Source: Candidatus Omnitrophota bacterium (GTDB lineage Bacteria > Omnitrophota > Gorgyraeia > Duberdicusellales > Duberdicusellaceae). Taken from it: DNA of 64,000 nucleotides. Below the pieces are notes generated by a model. The model worked only from the letters and a program-made list of their open reading frames with translations, was not told where the DNA came from and made no database searches. Position 1 is the first letter of the stretch. Every line of letters begins with the position of its first letter. The DNA lies in the NCBI GenBank assembly GCA_021163425.1, contig JAGGWS010000072.1, positions 6,582 to 70,581 on the forward strand, given 5' to 3'. Shown here in pieces: positions 18,443 to 30,456 of the stretch. The position numbers and the translations under genes were made by a program.

Positions 18443-19702
18443 ATGCTTTTTTCCAAATATTTTATTCCCACTTTAAGAGAAGTAAAAGAAGAGTCTGTCT
18501 CTTTTAGATTCTCTTTAAAAGCAGGTCTTATTTCTCCTTTAGCATCAGGGATATATTCCTATCTTCCCTTAGGTTTGAGAGTTTTAAGGAGGATAGAAGC
18601 TGTGGTAAGGAAGAATATGAATAGTTTAGGTGCTTATGAGGTTTTACTTCCTGCTCTTCAACCTTTAGAGCTATGGCAGAAGACTAAAAGATCTGACCTT
18701 TTAGGGGAGGTTATGATTAAGTTTAAAGACAGAAGAGGAAGAATTCTCTGTCTGGGGCCTACCCATGAAGAGGTGATTACTGATTTAGTGAGTAAATATG
18801 TTTCTTCTTATAGGGAGCTTCCTTTAATTCTTTATCAGATTCAGACTAAGTTTAGAGACGAGCTAAGACCCAAAGGAGGGCTGGTTAGAAGTTGTGAGTT
18901 TATAATGAAGGATGCCTACAGTTTTGATAAGAATGAAGAGGGTTTAGAAAAAAGTTATCAGAGTATGTACTCAGCTTATGAGAAGATATTTAAAGAGTGT
19001 GGGCTTAAACCTTTAGTTTTTTCCGCTGATGTGGGTTTTATTGGAGGGAGTGCTTCTTGTGAGTTTTTAATAGAGAGTTCTTCAGGAGAAGATAACTTTT
19101 TTCAATGTAGAAATTGTGGTTTTTATTTTAGAGATAAAGACACCTGCCCTAAGTGTAAGAGCAGAGATTACTTAGAGAAGAAGGGGTTAGAGTTAGGCCA
19201 TATTTTTAAGTTGGGGACTATTTATTCAGAAAAGTTAGGAGCTTATTTTTTAGATGAGGAAGGTAAAAGATTGGCTATTGTTATGGGTTGTTACGGAATA
19301 GGAGTAAGTAGGCTTCTTTCAGGAGTAATAGAACAAAATTATGATTCTGAAGGGATAATTTGGCCAGAAAGTATAGCTCCTTTTGATATAGAGATAGTCT
19401 GTCTTAACCCTGAGGAAGAAGAAATTCTTTCTTTTTGTTTCCAGGTTTATAATACCCTTAGTCAGCAAGGTTTTCAGGTATTATTAGATGAGCGAGCCGA
19501 ATATTCGGGAGTAAAATTTAAGGACGCCTACTTAATAGGTATACCTTATTTAATAGTGGTGGGAAAAAAGAATTTTTCTGAAGATAAATTAGAATTTATC
19601 CGGAGAAGAGATAAAAAGAAGCTTTTGATAGATAAAAAAAATTATTTAGAGCCTTTAATAAATTCTCTGAGAGAGAAAAATGGAAAAGTTAAACTTGATT
19701 AA
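18443..19702 (+). CDS. proS: Proline--tRNA ligase, short form without editing domain
   Basis: GPTHEE, YQIQTKFRDELRP, MKDAYSF, GHIFKLG, MGCYGIGVSR. Confidence 0.95.
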   Translation: MLFSKYFIPTLREVKEESVSFRFSLKAGLISPLASGIYSYLPLGLRVLRRIEAVVRKNMNSLGAYEVLLPALQPLELWQKTKRSDLLGEVMIKFKDRRGRILCLGPTHEEVITDLVSKYVSSYRELPLILYQIQTKFRDELRPKGGLVRSCEFIMKDAYSFDKNEEGLEKSYQSMYSAYEKIFKECGLKPLVFSADVGFIGGSASCEFLIESSSGEDNFFQCRNCGFYFRDKDTCPKCKSRDYLEKKGLELGHIFKLGTIYSEKLGAYFLDEEGKRLAIVMGCYGIGVSRLLSGVIEQNYDSEGIIWPESIAPFDIEIVCLNPEEEEILSFCFQVYNTLSQQGFQVLLDERAEYSGVKFKDAYLIGIPYLIVVGKKNFSEDKLEFIRRRDKKKLLIDKKNYLEPLINSLREKNGKVKLD

Positions 19703-19806
19703 AGAGAAGACTAAGAGAGGGTTGAAAAAAAGAATATTTGATAATAAAGAAAGGAATATTTTTCTTTCCGGAATAAGATAAAGTTAGAACAGGTAAAGAT
19801 TTTTGG

Positions 19807-20298
19807 ATGAATTCCTTACAGGAGAAACAGGCTTTTCTTAAGGAGAAAATCACTCCTCTTGTGGAAAAAGAAGGGTTTGAAGTTTTTGAACTTAGACTCT
19901 TCTATAATAAGGGAAGGCTTTTTTTGAGGATATTAATAGATTTTAAAGAAGGAGGTATAACTTTAGAGGATTGCCAATATATAAACAAAAAATTATCTAA
20001 TTATTTAGACAAGGAAGATTTTTTAGAGAGCCCTTTTATTTTAGAAGTTTCTTCTCCGGGAGTTAGGAGGGAACTCAAGACTCTTAAAGATTTTTTGAGA
20101 GTAAGAGGAAGAGAAATTAATATTTGGTTTCAGGATCAAGACCTTAAAAAGCCTATTCAAGGCAAGGTTTCTGGAATAGATGTATTCAAAGGAGAGGTTC
20201 TCTTAGAAACAAAGGAGGGAAATTTATCCATTCCTTTAGTTAAGATTAGAAAAGCTACCCAGAGAGTAAATTATGGGAACAACTCTGAGGAGGAATAA
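19807..20298 (+). CDS. rimP: Ribosome maturation factor RimP
   Basis: GGITLEDC, LEVSSPG; upstream of nusA. Confidence 0.92.
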   Translation: MNSLQEKQAFLKEKITPLVEKEGFEVFELRLFYNKGRLFLRILIDFKEGGITLEDCQYINKKLSNYLDKEDFLESPFILEVSSPGVRRELKTLKDFLRVRGREINIWFQDQDLKKPIQGKVSGIDVFKGEVLLETKEGNLSIPLVKIRKATQRVNYGNNSEEE

Positions 20299-20300
20299 AA

Positions 20301-21437
20301 ATGGATGGAGAGTTATTAGCAATACTGGAACAGATAGAAAGAGAGAAGGGTATTCAGAAGGAAAAGCTTATTCAGGCTATAGAACAGGCTTTAGTTGTAG
20401 CGGCCAGGAAGATTGCTAAGATAACTAATCCTTCGGCAGAAATTTCTGTAAAGATTGACCCTGAAAGCGGAAAGATTAGGGCTTTTGTGGGGGGCGAAGA
20501 GATCCTTTCCGAAAGTTTAGCCCGAATTGCTGCTCAGACTGCTAAACAGGTTATAATTCAGAAAATTAGAGAAGCAGAAAAAGAGGTTATTTTTAATGAG
20601 TTTAAAGACAAAGTAGGTTCACTTATTTCTGGTTCAGTTTATAGATTTGAGAAAGCCGGAGTCGTTTTAGACCTTTTGGGAAAGACCGAAGCAATTATTC
20701 CCAAAAGAGAACTTTCTCCTTTAGATAGTTTTAAATTAGGAGAGAGAGTAAGGGCTTATTGTTTAGAAGTAAAAAAAGATAGAACCCCCCAGGTTATAGC
20801 TTCCCGAAGGATGGCTAATTTTGTTAAGAAATTATTTGAGCTGGAGGTTCCTGAAATTTACGAAGGTATTGTAGAGATAAAGTCTATAGCCAGAGATGCT
20901 GGCGATAGAACTAAAATAGCAGTTTATTCTAAAGACGAAAAAGTAGATTGTGTGGGAGCCTGTGTGGGGATGAGAGGCTCGCGAGTAAAGAATATTGTTC
21001 AAGAATTAAAAGGAGAAAAAATAGATATAGTTAGATATTCAGAGGATCCCCAGAGATTTATAAGAGAAAGCCTTTCTCCTGCTGAAGTGAGTAAGATAGT
21101 CTTAAATAAAGAAGAAAGGAGAGCCTTAGTAGTAGTGGATAAGAGCCAGCTTTCTTTGGCTATTGGTAAAGGTGGTCAAAATGTGAGGCTGGCTTCCCGA
21201 CTTACTGGCTGGGAATTGGATATCCGTTCTAAAGAGGAGATAGAGAAAGAGGCAGAAGAACTCCATAAGTTGAAAGGAGTAGGAACTCGGACTGTAGAGA
21301 ATTTAATAAAAGCAGGTTTTCAAAGTTTAGATTCCTTAGCCAGGGCTGACATTAAGGATTTATCCCAGATAAAAGGGATAGGTAAGAGAAAAGCCGAGGA
21401 AATTATTGAACAGGCTAAAAAGATGCGGGGAAGATGA
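20301..21437 (+). CDS. nusA: Transcription termination factor NusA (S1, KH, C-terminal HhH)
   Basis: RIAAQTAKQVI, LFELEVPEI, GACVGMRGSR, AIGKGGQNVRLA. Confidence 0.97.
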   Translation: MDGELLAILEQIEREKGIQKEKLIQAIEQALVVAARKIAKITNPSAEISVKIDPESGKIRAFVGGEEILSESLARIAAQTAKQVIIQKIREAEKEVIFNEFKDKVGSLISGSVYRFEKAGVVLDLLGKTEAIIPKRELSPLDSFKLGERVRAYCLEVKKDRTPQVIASRRMANFVKKLFELEVPEIYEGIVEIKSIARDAGDRTKIAVYSKDEKVDCVGACVGMRGSRVKNIVQELKGEKIDIVRYSEDPQRFIRESLSPAEVSKIVLNKEERRALVVVDKSQLSLAIGKGGQNVRLASRLTGWELDIRSKEEIEKEAEELHKLKGVGTRTVENLIKAGFQSLDSLARADIKDLSQIKGIGKRKAEEIIEQAKKMRGR

Positions 21438-23347
21438 GAGTTTATGAATTAGCAAAAGAGTTAGGTTTAGATTCTAAAGAGTTTCTTAAAAAACTTAAAG
21501 AGATGAATTTCCCAGTTAAAAGCCATCTTTCTATTATAGATGAAGAAACTGCCCAGATTATTAAGGAAGAATTTAAAACTCTTAAAGAGAAAGAGATTAG
21601 TAAAAATATTGTGGAGGTGGAATTTCCTCTTACTGTTAAGGATTTTTCAGTAAAACTGGGTAAAAAGCCTTCAGAAATCGTTCAACTCCTTCTTAGGAAG
21701 AGGAAGTTTTTAAATATAAACCAGAATATAGATCAGGAATTAGCTAAGGGTTTAGCTTACCAGTTAGGATTTACTCTTAAAGAGAAGGCTTCTTTAGAAG
21801 AAGAACTTATTGAAAAAGAGATTCTTGACGAAAGTAGAGCTAAGCCCCGGCCTCCGGTAGTCACCCTTATGGGGCATATTGACCATGGCAAAACTTCTCT
21901 TTTAGATTTTATCCGAAAGTCCAGACTTACTGAGAAGGAGACAGGTGGGATTACCCAGCATATAGGAGCTTATCAGGTAGAGACTCCTAAGGGTAAGATT
22001 ACTTTTATTGATACTCCTGGCCATGAAACTTTTACTTCTATGCGGGCCAGAGGAGCTAATCTTACTGATATTGTAGTCTTAGTAGTGGCTGCTGATGAAG
22101 GAGTGAAGCCTCAGACTGAAGAGGCTGTAAGTCACGCTAAAGCCGCGGGAGTGCCTATAGTAGTGGCTATAAACAAGATAGACAAACCTCAGGCTCAACC
22201 CGACATGGTAAAACAGCAACTTTCTAAATTAGGCCTTAGTCCTGAAGATTGGGGAGGCCAGACCATTACAGTTTTAGTTTCAGCCAAGACAGGAGAAGGA
22301 ATAGATGAACTCTTAGAAATGCTTCTTTTAGAAGCAGAATTGCTGGAATTAAAGGCAGATTATCAGCGCCCGGCTTTAGGGGTAGTATTAGAATCAAAAC
22401 TTTCTAAAGGGTTAGGTCCAGTAGCCACAGTAATAGTTCAACAGGGTACTTTCAGGGTAGGAGATGTAGTAGTTTGTGCTGATCAATGGGGTAGAGTGAG
22501 GTTGTTGAGAGACGACCGGGGTAATTCTTTAAAAGAAGCCTATCCTTCTATGCCGGTGGAATTAGTGGGTTTGGGAGGATTAGTTTCTGCTGGAGAAAGA
22601 TTTATAGTTGTTCCTGAGGAAAAAGAAGCAATTAGGATTGTGGAAAAGAGGAAAGAGAAGAAAGAGGAAAAAGTAATTCCTGAACACGTAAGATTGGAGA
22701 ATATCTATGAGAAGATTAAGAGACAAGAGCTTAAAGAATTCAAAGTAATTATAAAGGCTGATACTTACGGAACCTTAGAGGCAATTGAAGATATCTTAAA
22801 AAAGATAGAAGTTCCCTCTATAGAGATTAAGATTCTCCATAAGGGGGTAGGGGTGGTTAATCTCTCTGATGTAATATTAGCTGATGCTTCTGACGCTTTA
22901 ATATTAGGTTTTAAAGTAAACATAGAGCCTCAAGCTTCTAAAAAAGCTCAGGAAAAAAATATTCAGATTAAGACTTATCAGATTATCTATGAATTAATAT
23001 CAGAAGTAAAATCAGCCTTAGAAGGGTTGCTTGAGCCTGAGATAGAGCGGCTCTTTTTGGGAAGAGCTAAAGTAAGGAAGGTATTTAAGCTTTCTAAAGC
23101 TGGCGTGATTGCTGGCTGTATAGTAGAGAAAGGTAAGATGGTGAGAAATGCTTCCTGTAGAGTTTTAAGGGCAGGTGAAGTAGTTTTTGAAGGAAGAGTT
23201 TCTTCTCTTAAGAGATTTAAAGATGATGTCCGAGAAGTTTTAGAGGGTTTTGAGTGTGGGGTAGGGGTGGGCTTTAATGATATTAAAGAAGAAGATGTGA
23301 TCGAAGTTTTCACTGAAGAAGTTAAAACCCGCAGACTCCAGCTTTAA
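21434..23347 (+). CDS. infB: Translation initiation factor IF-2
   Basis: [35 protein letters not shown]. Confidence 0.97.
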   Translation: MRVYELAKELGLDSKEFLKKLKEMNFPVKSHLSIIDEETAQIIKEEFKTLKEKEISKNIVEVEFPLTVKDFSVKLGKKPSEIVQLLLRKRKFLNINQNIDQELAKGLAYQLGFTLKEKASLEEELIEKEILDESRAKPRPPVVTLMGHIDHGKTSLLDFIRKSRLTEKETGGITQHIGAYQVETPKGKITFIDTPGHETFTSMRARGANLTDIVVLVVAADEGVKPQTEEAVSHAKAAGVPIVVAINKIDKPQAQPDMVKQQLSKLGLSPEDWGGQTITVLVSAKTGEGIDELLEMLLLEAELLELKADYQRPALGVVLESKLSKGLGPVATVIVQQGTFRVGDVVVCADQWGRVRLLRDDRGNSLKEAYPSMPVELVGLGGLVSAGERFIVVPEEKEAIRIVEKRKEKKEEKVIPEHVRLENIYEKIKRQELKEFKVIIKADTYGTLEAIEDILKKIEVPSIEIKILHKGVGVVNLSDVILADASDALILGFKVNIEPQASKKAQEKNIQIKTYQIIYELISEVKSALEGLLEPEIERLFLGRAKVRKVFKLSKAGVIAGCIVEKGKMVRNASCRVLRAGEVVFEGRVSSLKRFKDDVREVLEGFECGVGVGFNDIKEEDVIEVFTEEVKTRRLQL

Positions 23348-23356
23348 TTGTAAGAA

Positions 23357-24349
23357 ATGGGAGAAAAAAGTAAAAAGAGAGTATTGAGCGGGATGCGGCC
23401 TACAGGAAAGCTCCATTTAGGCCATTGGGCTGGTACTCTTTCTAAATGGGTAGATCTGCAGAAAGATTATGAGTGTTTTTTTATGGTAGCTGACTGGCAT
23501 GCTTTAATGAGCGAATATAAAGACCCTACTTCAATAAGAGAGACAGCTTTAGATAATATAGCTGACTGGTTAAGCTGGGGTATTTCTCCGGAAGAAGCGG
23601 TAATATTTATTCAGTCTGAAGTAAAAGAACATCTGGAATTATTTATGGTCTTTTCTGTGCTTACCCCTTTAGGCTGGTTGTATAGATGCCCTACTTTTAA
23701 AGAACAGATTTCTCAACTTAAAACCAGAGAAATCAATACCCATGCCTTTTTAGGTTATCCAGTACTTCAGGCTTCAGATATTCTGATTTATAAAGCTGAC
23801 TTTGTTCCAGTTGGAGAGGATCAACTACCTCATTTAGAATTAACCCGCCAGATTCTCAGGAGATTTCATTTTCTTTATCACCAGGAGATATTTCCTGAGC
23901 CTCAACCTCTTTTGACTGAAGTTCGAAGGTTATTAGGTTTAGATGGAAGGAAGATGAGTAAAAGTTATAATAATTGTATCTACCTTTCTGAAGAAGACTT
24001 AGTTATAAAAGAAAAAGTAATGAGTATGTTTACTGACCCCCAGAGGATAAGGCGTAAAGACCCCGGCAGACCTGAAGTATGTAATGTTTATTCTTATTAT
24101 AAAGCATTTTTCCCTGTTTATCAGAAAGAGGTATTTAATTGGTGTACTCAGGCAGAAAAGGGCTGTACAGAATGTAAATCTATCTTGGCTGAAGAACTTT
24201 GTAAGTTTATAGCTCCTAAGAGAGAAAAAAAGAAGGCCCTTCTCCAAGATAGAAAAAAATTGTTGTCTCTTATAGAGGAAGGAAGAGAGAAGGCTTCTCA
24301 AGAAGCAAAAAAGACTTTAGTCCAGGTAAAGAGGATAATAGGTTTATGA
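23357..24349 (+). CDS. trpS: Tryptophan--tRNA ligase
   Basis: SGMRPTG, HLGH, YPVLQASD, GEDQ, KMSKS. Confidence 0.97.
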   Translation: MGEKSKKRVLSGMRPTGKLHLGHWAGTLSKWVDLQKDYECFFMVADWHALMSEYKDPTSIRETALDNIADWLSWGISPEEAVIFIQSEVKEHLELFMVFSVLTPLGWLYRCPTFKEQISQLKTREINTHAFLGYPVLQASDILIYKADFVPVGEDQLPHLELTRQILRRFHFLYHQEIFPEPQPLLTEVRRLLGLDGRKMSKSYNNCIYLSEEDLVIKEKVMSMFTDPQRIRRKDPGRPEVCNVYSYYKAFFPVYQKEVFNWCTQAEKGCTECKSILAEELCKFIAPKREKKKALLQDRKKLLSLIEEGREKASQEAKKTLVQVKRIIGL

Positions 24350-25059
24350 AAATAAAGCTGGAGATATTTGAAGGGCCTTTAGATTTGCTCCTTTATCTCA
24401 TTAGAAAGAATCACATCGATATAAAAGATATCCCCATAGCTTTGGTTTTACAGCAGTATTTAGAATATTTAGAATTAATGAAGTTATTGGATATAAATAT
24501 AGCCTCAGAGTATTTAGTTATGGCAGCTACTTTGATTCAGATAAAGTCTCGTTTACTTATACCTAAACCTCCTTCTCCTGAAGAAACAACCGAAGAAGAA
24601 GACCCCCGTCAGGAACTGGTGAGAAGACTTTTAGAATATCAAAAATATAAACAAGCAGCTAAATTTTTAAAAGAGAAAGAAACAGAACGTCTTAAATATT
24701 TAAGAAGGCCTGATAGTTTACTAAATTATAATCCCGAGGAAGTTTATTTTGAAGCCAGCATTTTTGATTTAATTTCTGCTTTTAAGTCTGTCTTAAAGGA
24801 TATTCCCAAGGAGGTATTTTTAGAAGTTATAAAAGATGAGTTTACTGTAGAAGAGAAGATTCACGATATACTCCATCTTCTTTTGGTAGAAGAAAAAGTT
24901 GAGTTGGGTGAACTTTTTAAGAAAGCTAAGAATAAACTGGAGATAGTTGCCTTCTTTTTAGCAATATTAGAGCTTATTCGCCTCAAAGAGATTTCGGCTT
25001 TTCAGGAAGGTCTGTTTGGGAAGATAGTAATTGCCAGGTTTAATAAGGCTTATGTCTAA
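24346..25059 (+). CDS. scpA: Segregation and condensation protein A
   Basis: FEGPLDLLLYLI, EYLVMAATL, FLAILEL. Confidence 0.94.
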   Translation: MKIKLEIFEGPLDLLLYLIRKNHIDIKDIPIALVLQQYLEYLELMKLLDINIASEYLVMAATLIQIKSRLLIPKPPSPEETTEEEDPRQELVRRLLEYQKYKQAAKFLKEKETERLKYLRRPDSLLNYNPEEVYFEASIFDLISAFKSVLKDIPKEVFLEVIKDEFTVEEKIHDILHLLLVEEKVELGELFKKAKNKLEIVAFFLAILELIRLKEISAFQEGLFGKIVIARFNKAYV

Positions 25060-26098
25060 ATTTAAAGAAAAAGAAATAGAGCTTAAAAAAATTGGGATTC
25101 CTCCTGAGACTGACGAAGATTTCGTGTTTAATCTTTCTTTAAGACCGCGGAATCTTTCTGAGTTTGTAGGTCAGAAAGATATAGTTTCTTCTTTAAAGAT
25201 AGCTATAGAGGCAGCTAAGAGGAGGTCTGAGCCTTTAGAACATATTTTACTTGCTGGTCCTCCAGGGTTAGGGAAAACTTCTCTTGCTTACTGTATAGCC
25301 ACTGAACTATCTTCAAAATTGATGGCTACTTCTGGTCCGGCTATTGAACGGGCTGGAGATTTAATAGGGATACTTACTAATTTAGAAAGAGGAGATATTT
25401 TATTTATTGACGAAATTCATCGTCTTTCCAAGGTTGTTGAAGAATTCTTGTATCCAGCAATGGAGAATTTCCAGATAGATTTTGTGATTGATAAAGGTCC
25501 TTATGCTAAAAGTATAAAATTTAATCTTAAACCTTTCACTCTTATCGGGGCTACTACCCGTGAAGGGCTTTTAAGCGCTCCTTTGAGGGGAAGGTTTGGA
25601 TTATTTTTTCATTTTGATTTCTATAGCCAGGAAGATTTAACCTTAGTAATTAAGCGTTCAGCCAAGATACTGGAAGTAGAAATTGATAGACCTTCAGCTT
25701 TAGAGATAGCTAAGAGGGCAAGAGGTACCCCTCGTATTGCTAACCGGCTATTGAGAAGAGTAAGAGATTATTCTCAGGTTAAAGAAAAGGGAAAGATTGA
25801 AACTTCTACAGTAGAGAAGGCTTTGAGCTTTCTTAAGATTGATGAAAAGGGTTTAGGAGAGTTAGATAGAAAGTACCTTAAAGTCTTAATTGAAATTTAT
25901 AAAGGTGGTCCGGCTGGAGTGGAAGCTCTTTCGGCAAGTTTAGGAGAAGAACAGGATACTTTAATAGATATAATTGAACCCTATCTTCTAAAAATTGGTT
26001 TTGTAAAGCGTTCTCCCCGCGGAAGAATAGCTACAGAATTAGCCTATAAACATTTAGGTATTCCTTACGACAAAGAAGTCCAACAAAAGTTATTTTAA
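25052..26098 (+). CDS. ruvB: Holliday junction helicase RuvB
   Basis: LRP, GPPGLGKT, FIDEIHRL, RGTPRIANRLLRR; ATG 25052. Confidence 0.97.
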   Translation: MSKFKEKEIELKKIGIPPETDEDFVFNLSLRPRNLSEFVGQKDIVSSLKIAIEAAKRRSEPLEHILLAGPPGLGKTSLAYCIATELSSKLMATSGPAIERAGDLIGILTNLERGDILFIDEIHRLSKVVEEFLYPAMENFQIDFVIDKGPYAKSIKFNLKPFTLIGATTREGLLSAPLRGRFGLFFHFDFYSQEDLTLVIKRSAKILEVEIDRPSALEIAKRARGTPRIANRLLRRVRDYSQVKEKGKIETSTVEKALSFLKIDEKGLGELDRKYLKVLIEIYKGGPAGVEALSASLGEEQDTLIDIIEPYLLKIGFVKRSPRGRIATELAYKHLGIPYDKEVQQKLF

Positions 26099-26100
26099 AG

Positions 26101-27472
<1,372 letters not shown>

Positions 27473-27474
27473 CT

Positions 27475-28152
27475 ATGAGAATAGACATAATTACTATATT
27501 TCCTCAAATGTTTTCTACAGTTTTTACTGAAGGCATAGTGAGGATTGCTCAAGAAAAAAAGCTTTTGAATATTTATATCCACAATCTTAGAGATTTTACT
27601 CAGGACAAGCATAAAAAGGTTGATGCTCCTCCTTACGGAGGAGGAGCGGGGATGGTATTAAGGTGTGAGCCGATATTTAAGGCAGTAGAATCAGTAATTT
27701 TAGATAAGAGGTCAAGAGTTGTTCTTTTAAGTCCTCAGGGTAGAGTTCTTACTCAAAAAAGGGCTAAGCAGTTTCTAAAATACCAACAACTTATTCTTAT
27801 TTGTGGACGCTATGAAGGTGTTGATGAGCGAGTGGCTGAATATTTAGCTGACGAAGAACTATCAATTGGTGACTATATTCTTTCGGGAGGAGAAATCCCG
27901 GCTATGGTTTTAGTAGATGTTTTAGCCCGGTTATTACCAGGAGCAGTAGGCGATAAACAATCAATAGAAAAAGAGAGTTTTGAACAGAGCAGGTTAGACT
28001 GGCCTCATTATACTAGGCCGCGAGTCTTCCGGAGATGGAGAGTCCCCAGGGTTTTATTGTCAGGAGACCATAGAAAAATTGAGCTTTGGCGCAAGAAGAA
28101 AGCTTTAGAAAAGACTAAAGAGAATAGGCCAGATTTATTAAAGGAAGTTTAA
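27475..28152 (+). CDS. trmD: tRNA (m1G37) methyltransferase
   Basis: PYGGGAGM, LSPQG, CGRYEGVDER, SIGDYILSGGE. Confidence 0.97.
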   Translation: MRIDIITIFPQMFSTVFTEGIVRIAQEKKLLNIYIHNLRDFTQDKHKKVDAPPYGGGAGMVLRCEPIFKAVESVILDKRSRVVLLSPQGRVLTQKRAKQFLKYQQLILICGRYEGVDERVAEYLADEELSIGDYILSGGEIPAMVLVDVLARLLPGAVGDKQSIEKESFEQSRLDWPHYTRPRVFRRWRVPRVLLSGDHRKIELWRKKKALEKTKENRPDLLKEV

Positions 28153-28168
28153 AAGTGGGAGGTAAGAG

Positions 28169-28519
28169 ATGGGAGATAAACTATTGGAAGTAGAAAAAGA
28201 ATTGCAATCTTCTTTAAAGAAGGATTTTCCTGAGTTTAAGGTAGGTGATACTATAAGAGTTAGTTATAAGATTCAGGAAAAAGATAAGAGCAGGCTGCAT
28301 TCAGTAGAAGGGATTGTAATGAAAATACAAGGTGTTCTTCATCGTAAGAGTTTTACTATTCGCAGAATCTCCTATGGAGAGAGTTTAGAAATGACCTTTC
28401 CTCTTTATTCACCCTTGATAGAGAAGATAGAAGTAGTTCAGCCAGCTAAAAGAAGACCCCGGCGAGCAAGATTGTATTATTTAAGGGGAAGAGTAGGCAA
28501 GAAAGCAACGACGGTATAA
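28169..28519 (+). CDS. rplS: 50S ribosomal protein L19
   Basis: FKVGDTIRV, FPLYSP, RRARLYYLR. Confidence 0.96.
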   Translation: MGDKLLEVEKELQSSLKKDFPEFKVGDTIRVSYKIQEKDKSRLHSVEGIVMKIQGVLHRKSFTIRRISYGESLEMTFPLYSPLIEKIEVVQPAKRRPRRARLYYLRGRVGKKATTV

Positions 28520-28598
28520 GAAAAGTATATTTTTTGTTTTCGGATTTTACACTTTTTATCTCATATTGATGGTTAAAGAGGCACAAGACTATCGAAGA

Positions 28599-29162
28599 AT
28601 GAAGTTAAAGATAGTGGGTGTAGATGAAGTAGGAAGAGGTGCTCTTTGTGGTCCAGTGGTAGCCAGTTGTGCCTATCTTAAAGAGAAGATTTCTTTCCTG
28701 AAGGATTCCAAACAGCTTACTCCTAAAAAGAGAGAATTTCTTTATTCTAAGATTAAAAAAGTTTCTATCTACTCTTTTGGTATAGTCTCTCAAACTACTA
28801 TTGATAAGTTGAATATATTTTGGGCTACTCAGCTGGCTTTTTTGAGGGCTATCAGAAATTTTTTTAAAAAAAGCAAATTTAATAAGGAGGAAACTTTGTT
28901 TATAATTGATGGTCCTTTCTTTAAATATAAAAAATACAACCACCTTTGTCTTGTCTCAGCAGACAGGAGGATAAAAGAGGTTCAATCAGCTTCTATACTG
29001 GCTAAGGTTTATAGAGACAGATTAATGTTAAAGTATGATAAGGAATTTCCTGGTTGGAATTTCTCCAAACATAAAGGCTATGCTACTAAAGAACACTACC
29101 TTTCTTTAAAGGAGAGGGGCCCTTCGCCTATTCATAGGCTTTCTTTTAACTTAGGTTTATGA
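28599..29162 (+). CDS. rnhB: Ribonuclease HII
   Basis: GVDEVGRG, DSKQL, IDG, ASILAKVYRD, HKGY; ATG 28599 likely start. Confidence 0.93.
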   Translation: MKLKIVGVDEVGRGALCGPVVASCAYLKEKISFLKDSKQLTPKKREFLYSKIKKVSIYSFGIVSQTTIDKLNIFWATQLAFLRAIRNFFKKSKFNKEETLFIIDGPFFKYKKYNHLCLVSADRRIKEVQSASILAKVYRDRLMLKYDKEFPGWNFSKHKGYATKEHYLSLKERGPSPIHRLSFNLGL

Positions 29163-29515
29163 ATAATTCTTTTGGTTATTTTGAGGACTTAGCAGTTGAT
29201 TATCTTAAACAACGAGGTTATAGGGTCTTAGAAAGAAATTTTCGTAATTTTTCAGGTGAGATTGATATAGTAGCCAAAGATAAAGGAGTTCTTTGTTTTG
29301 TAGAAGTAAAGGGAAGAACTTTCCCTTATAAATATGAACCTTTAGAAGCAGTAAATAGGAGTAAAAGGAAAAAGATAGAAAAGTGTGTTTTTTATTATCT
29401 TAGACAGAAAGGATTATTTTCTCTTAGAGCAAGGTTTGATGTGCTTTCAATAGTAAAATTCCGACAGGGTTTAGAATTTTATCTTATAAAGGGAGCATTT
29501 AATCTGGAAGAATGA
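29159..29515 (+). CDS. yraN: YraN (UPF0102) family nuclease-like protein
   Basis: GEIDIVA, FVEVK, RFDV. Confidence 0.92.
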   Translation: MNNSFGYFEDLAVDYLKQRGYRVLERNFRNFSGEIDIVAKDKGVLCFVEVKGRTFPYKYEPLEAVNRSKRKKIEKCVFYYLRQKGLFSLRARFDVLSIVKFRQGLEFYLIKGAFNLEE

Positions 29516-30456
29516 GGTTGGTAGTAGTAGGAGCAGGGATAGCCGGGGTTTCTTTAATAGAAAAATTAAAAGATTCCGGCTTTGAAATTACTTTAATAGA
29601 AAAAGAAAACCCACCTTTTAGAAAACATCTTTTTATTGATTGGCTGCTTGATAAGATAAATAACCAGAATTTTTTTCTTCCTTTAGAAAGTTTAAAAAGT
29701 AATATCCCTTCTTTAGAGATAATACAGAGCAGAGTCTTGAAAGTAAACCTGGAAAAGAGAAAGGTTTTTTTAAAAGAGTATCAGAGTTTAGAATTTGATA
29801 AAATTGTTTTCTGTTGTGGGCTAAGAGGAAAGAGGGTGGTTTTCCCCGGTGTATATAAGGAGGGAGTTTATTATTTAGGAGAGGAGGCTTTAAAACTTAA
29901 ACAGGACTTAATAATTTATGGACAGATTATTGTTTATGCGAAGACTATTTTAGGTATTAACTTAGCTAAAGCCTTACATTCTTTAAACAAAGATGTGAAG
30001 ATAATAGTAGATAATCCTTCTTTCTCTGAAGAGTTAAAACAGGAACTTATTTCCTGTTTAGGAGAAGGTAATTTGTACTTTAATTCTCAGATAGCTGAAG
30101 GTTTGGGAGAGGGAAGAATTAGGGCAGTTAAACTTTCTCGGGGGAAGTTTTTAGCCTGTGATTTGCTTATAATAGATTCAGGATACTTTCCTTATACTTC
30201 TTTATTGAGAGATTATCCTGATCTGTTATCTAAAGAAGGATTTTTAAAAGTAGATGATTATTTAAAGGTTAATGATACTTGTTTTGCCTGTGGAGATATG
30301 ACAAATCCTAAAGTTTTAGAACAAACTTTTGATAACAATAAATACTTAGCTTCTGAGCAGGCAAAAGTGGTAGCTGATAACCTTAGAGGATTGAGACAGA
30401 CATTTAGTTGGGCTGTAAGGGTTGGTTTTATAGAGAGGAGGAGACAGGATGCTTAA
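29512..30456 (+). CDS. FAD-dependent pyridine nucleotide-disulfide oxidoreductase-like protein (degenerate)
   Basis: VVVGAGIAG, FACGD; second Rossmann glycine motif missing. Confidence 0.75.
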   Translation: MRLVVVGAGIAGVSLIEKLKDSGFEITLIEKENPPFRKHLFIDWLLDKINNQNFFLPLESLKSNIPSLEIIQSRVLKVNLEKRKVFLKEYQSLEFDKIVFCCGLRGKRVVFPGVYKEGVYYLGEEALKLKQDLIIYGQIIVYAKTILGINLAKALHSLNKDVKIIVDNPSFSEELKQELISCLGEGNLYFNSQIAEGLGEGRIRAVKLSRGKFLACDLLIIDSGYFPYTSLLRDYPDLLSKEGFLKVDDYLKVNDTCFACGDMTNPKVLEQTFDNNKYLASEQAKVVADNLRGLRQTFSWAVRVGFIERRRQDA

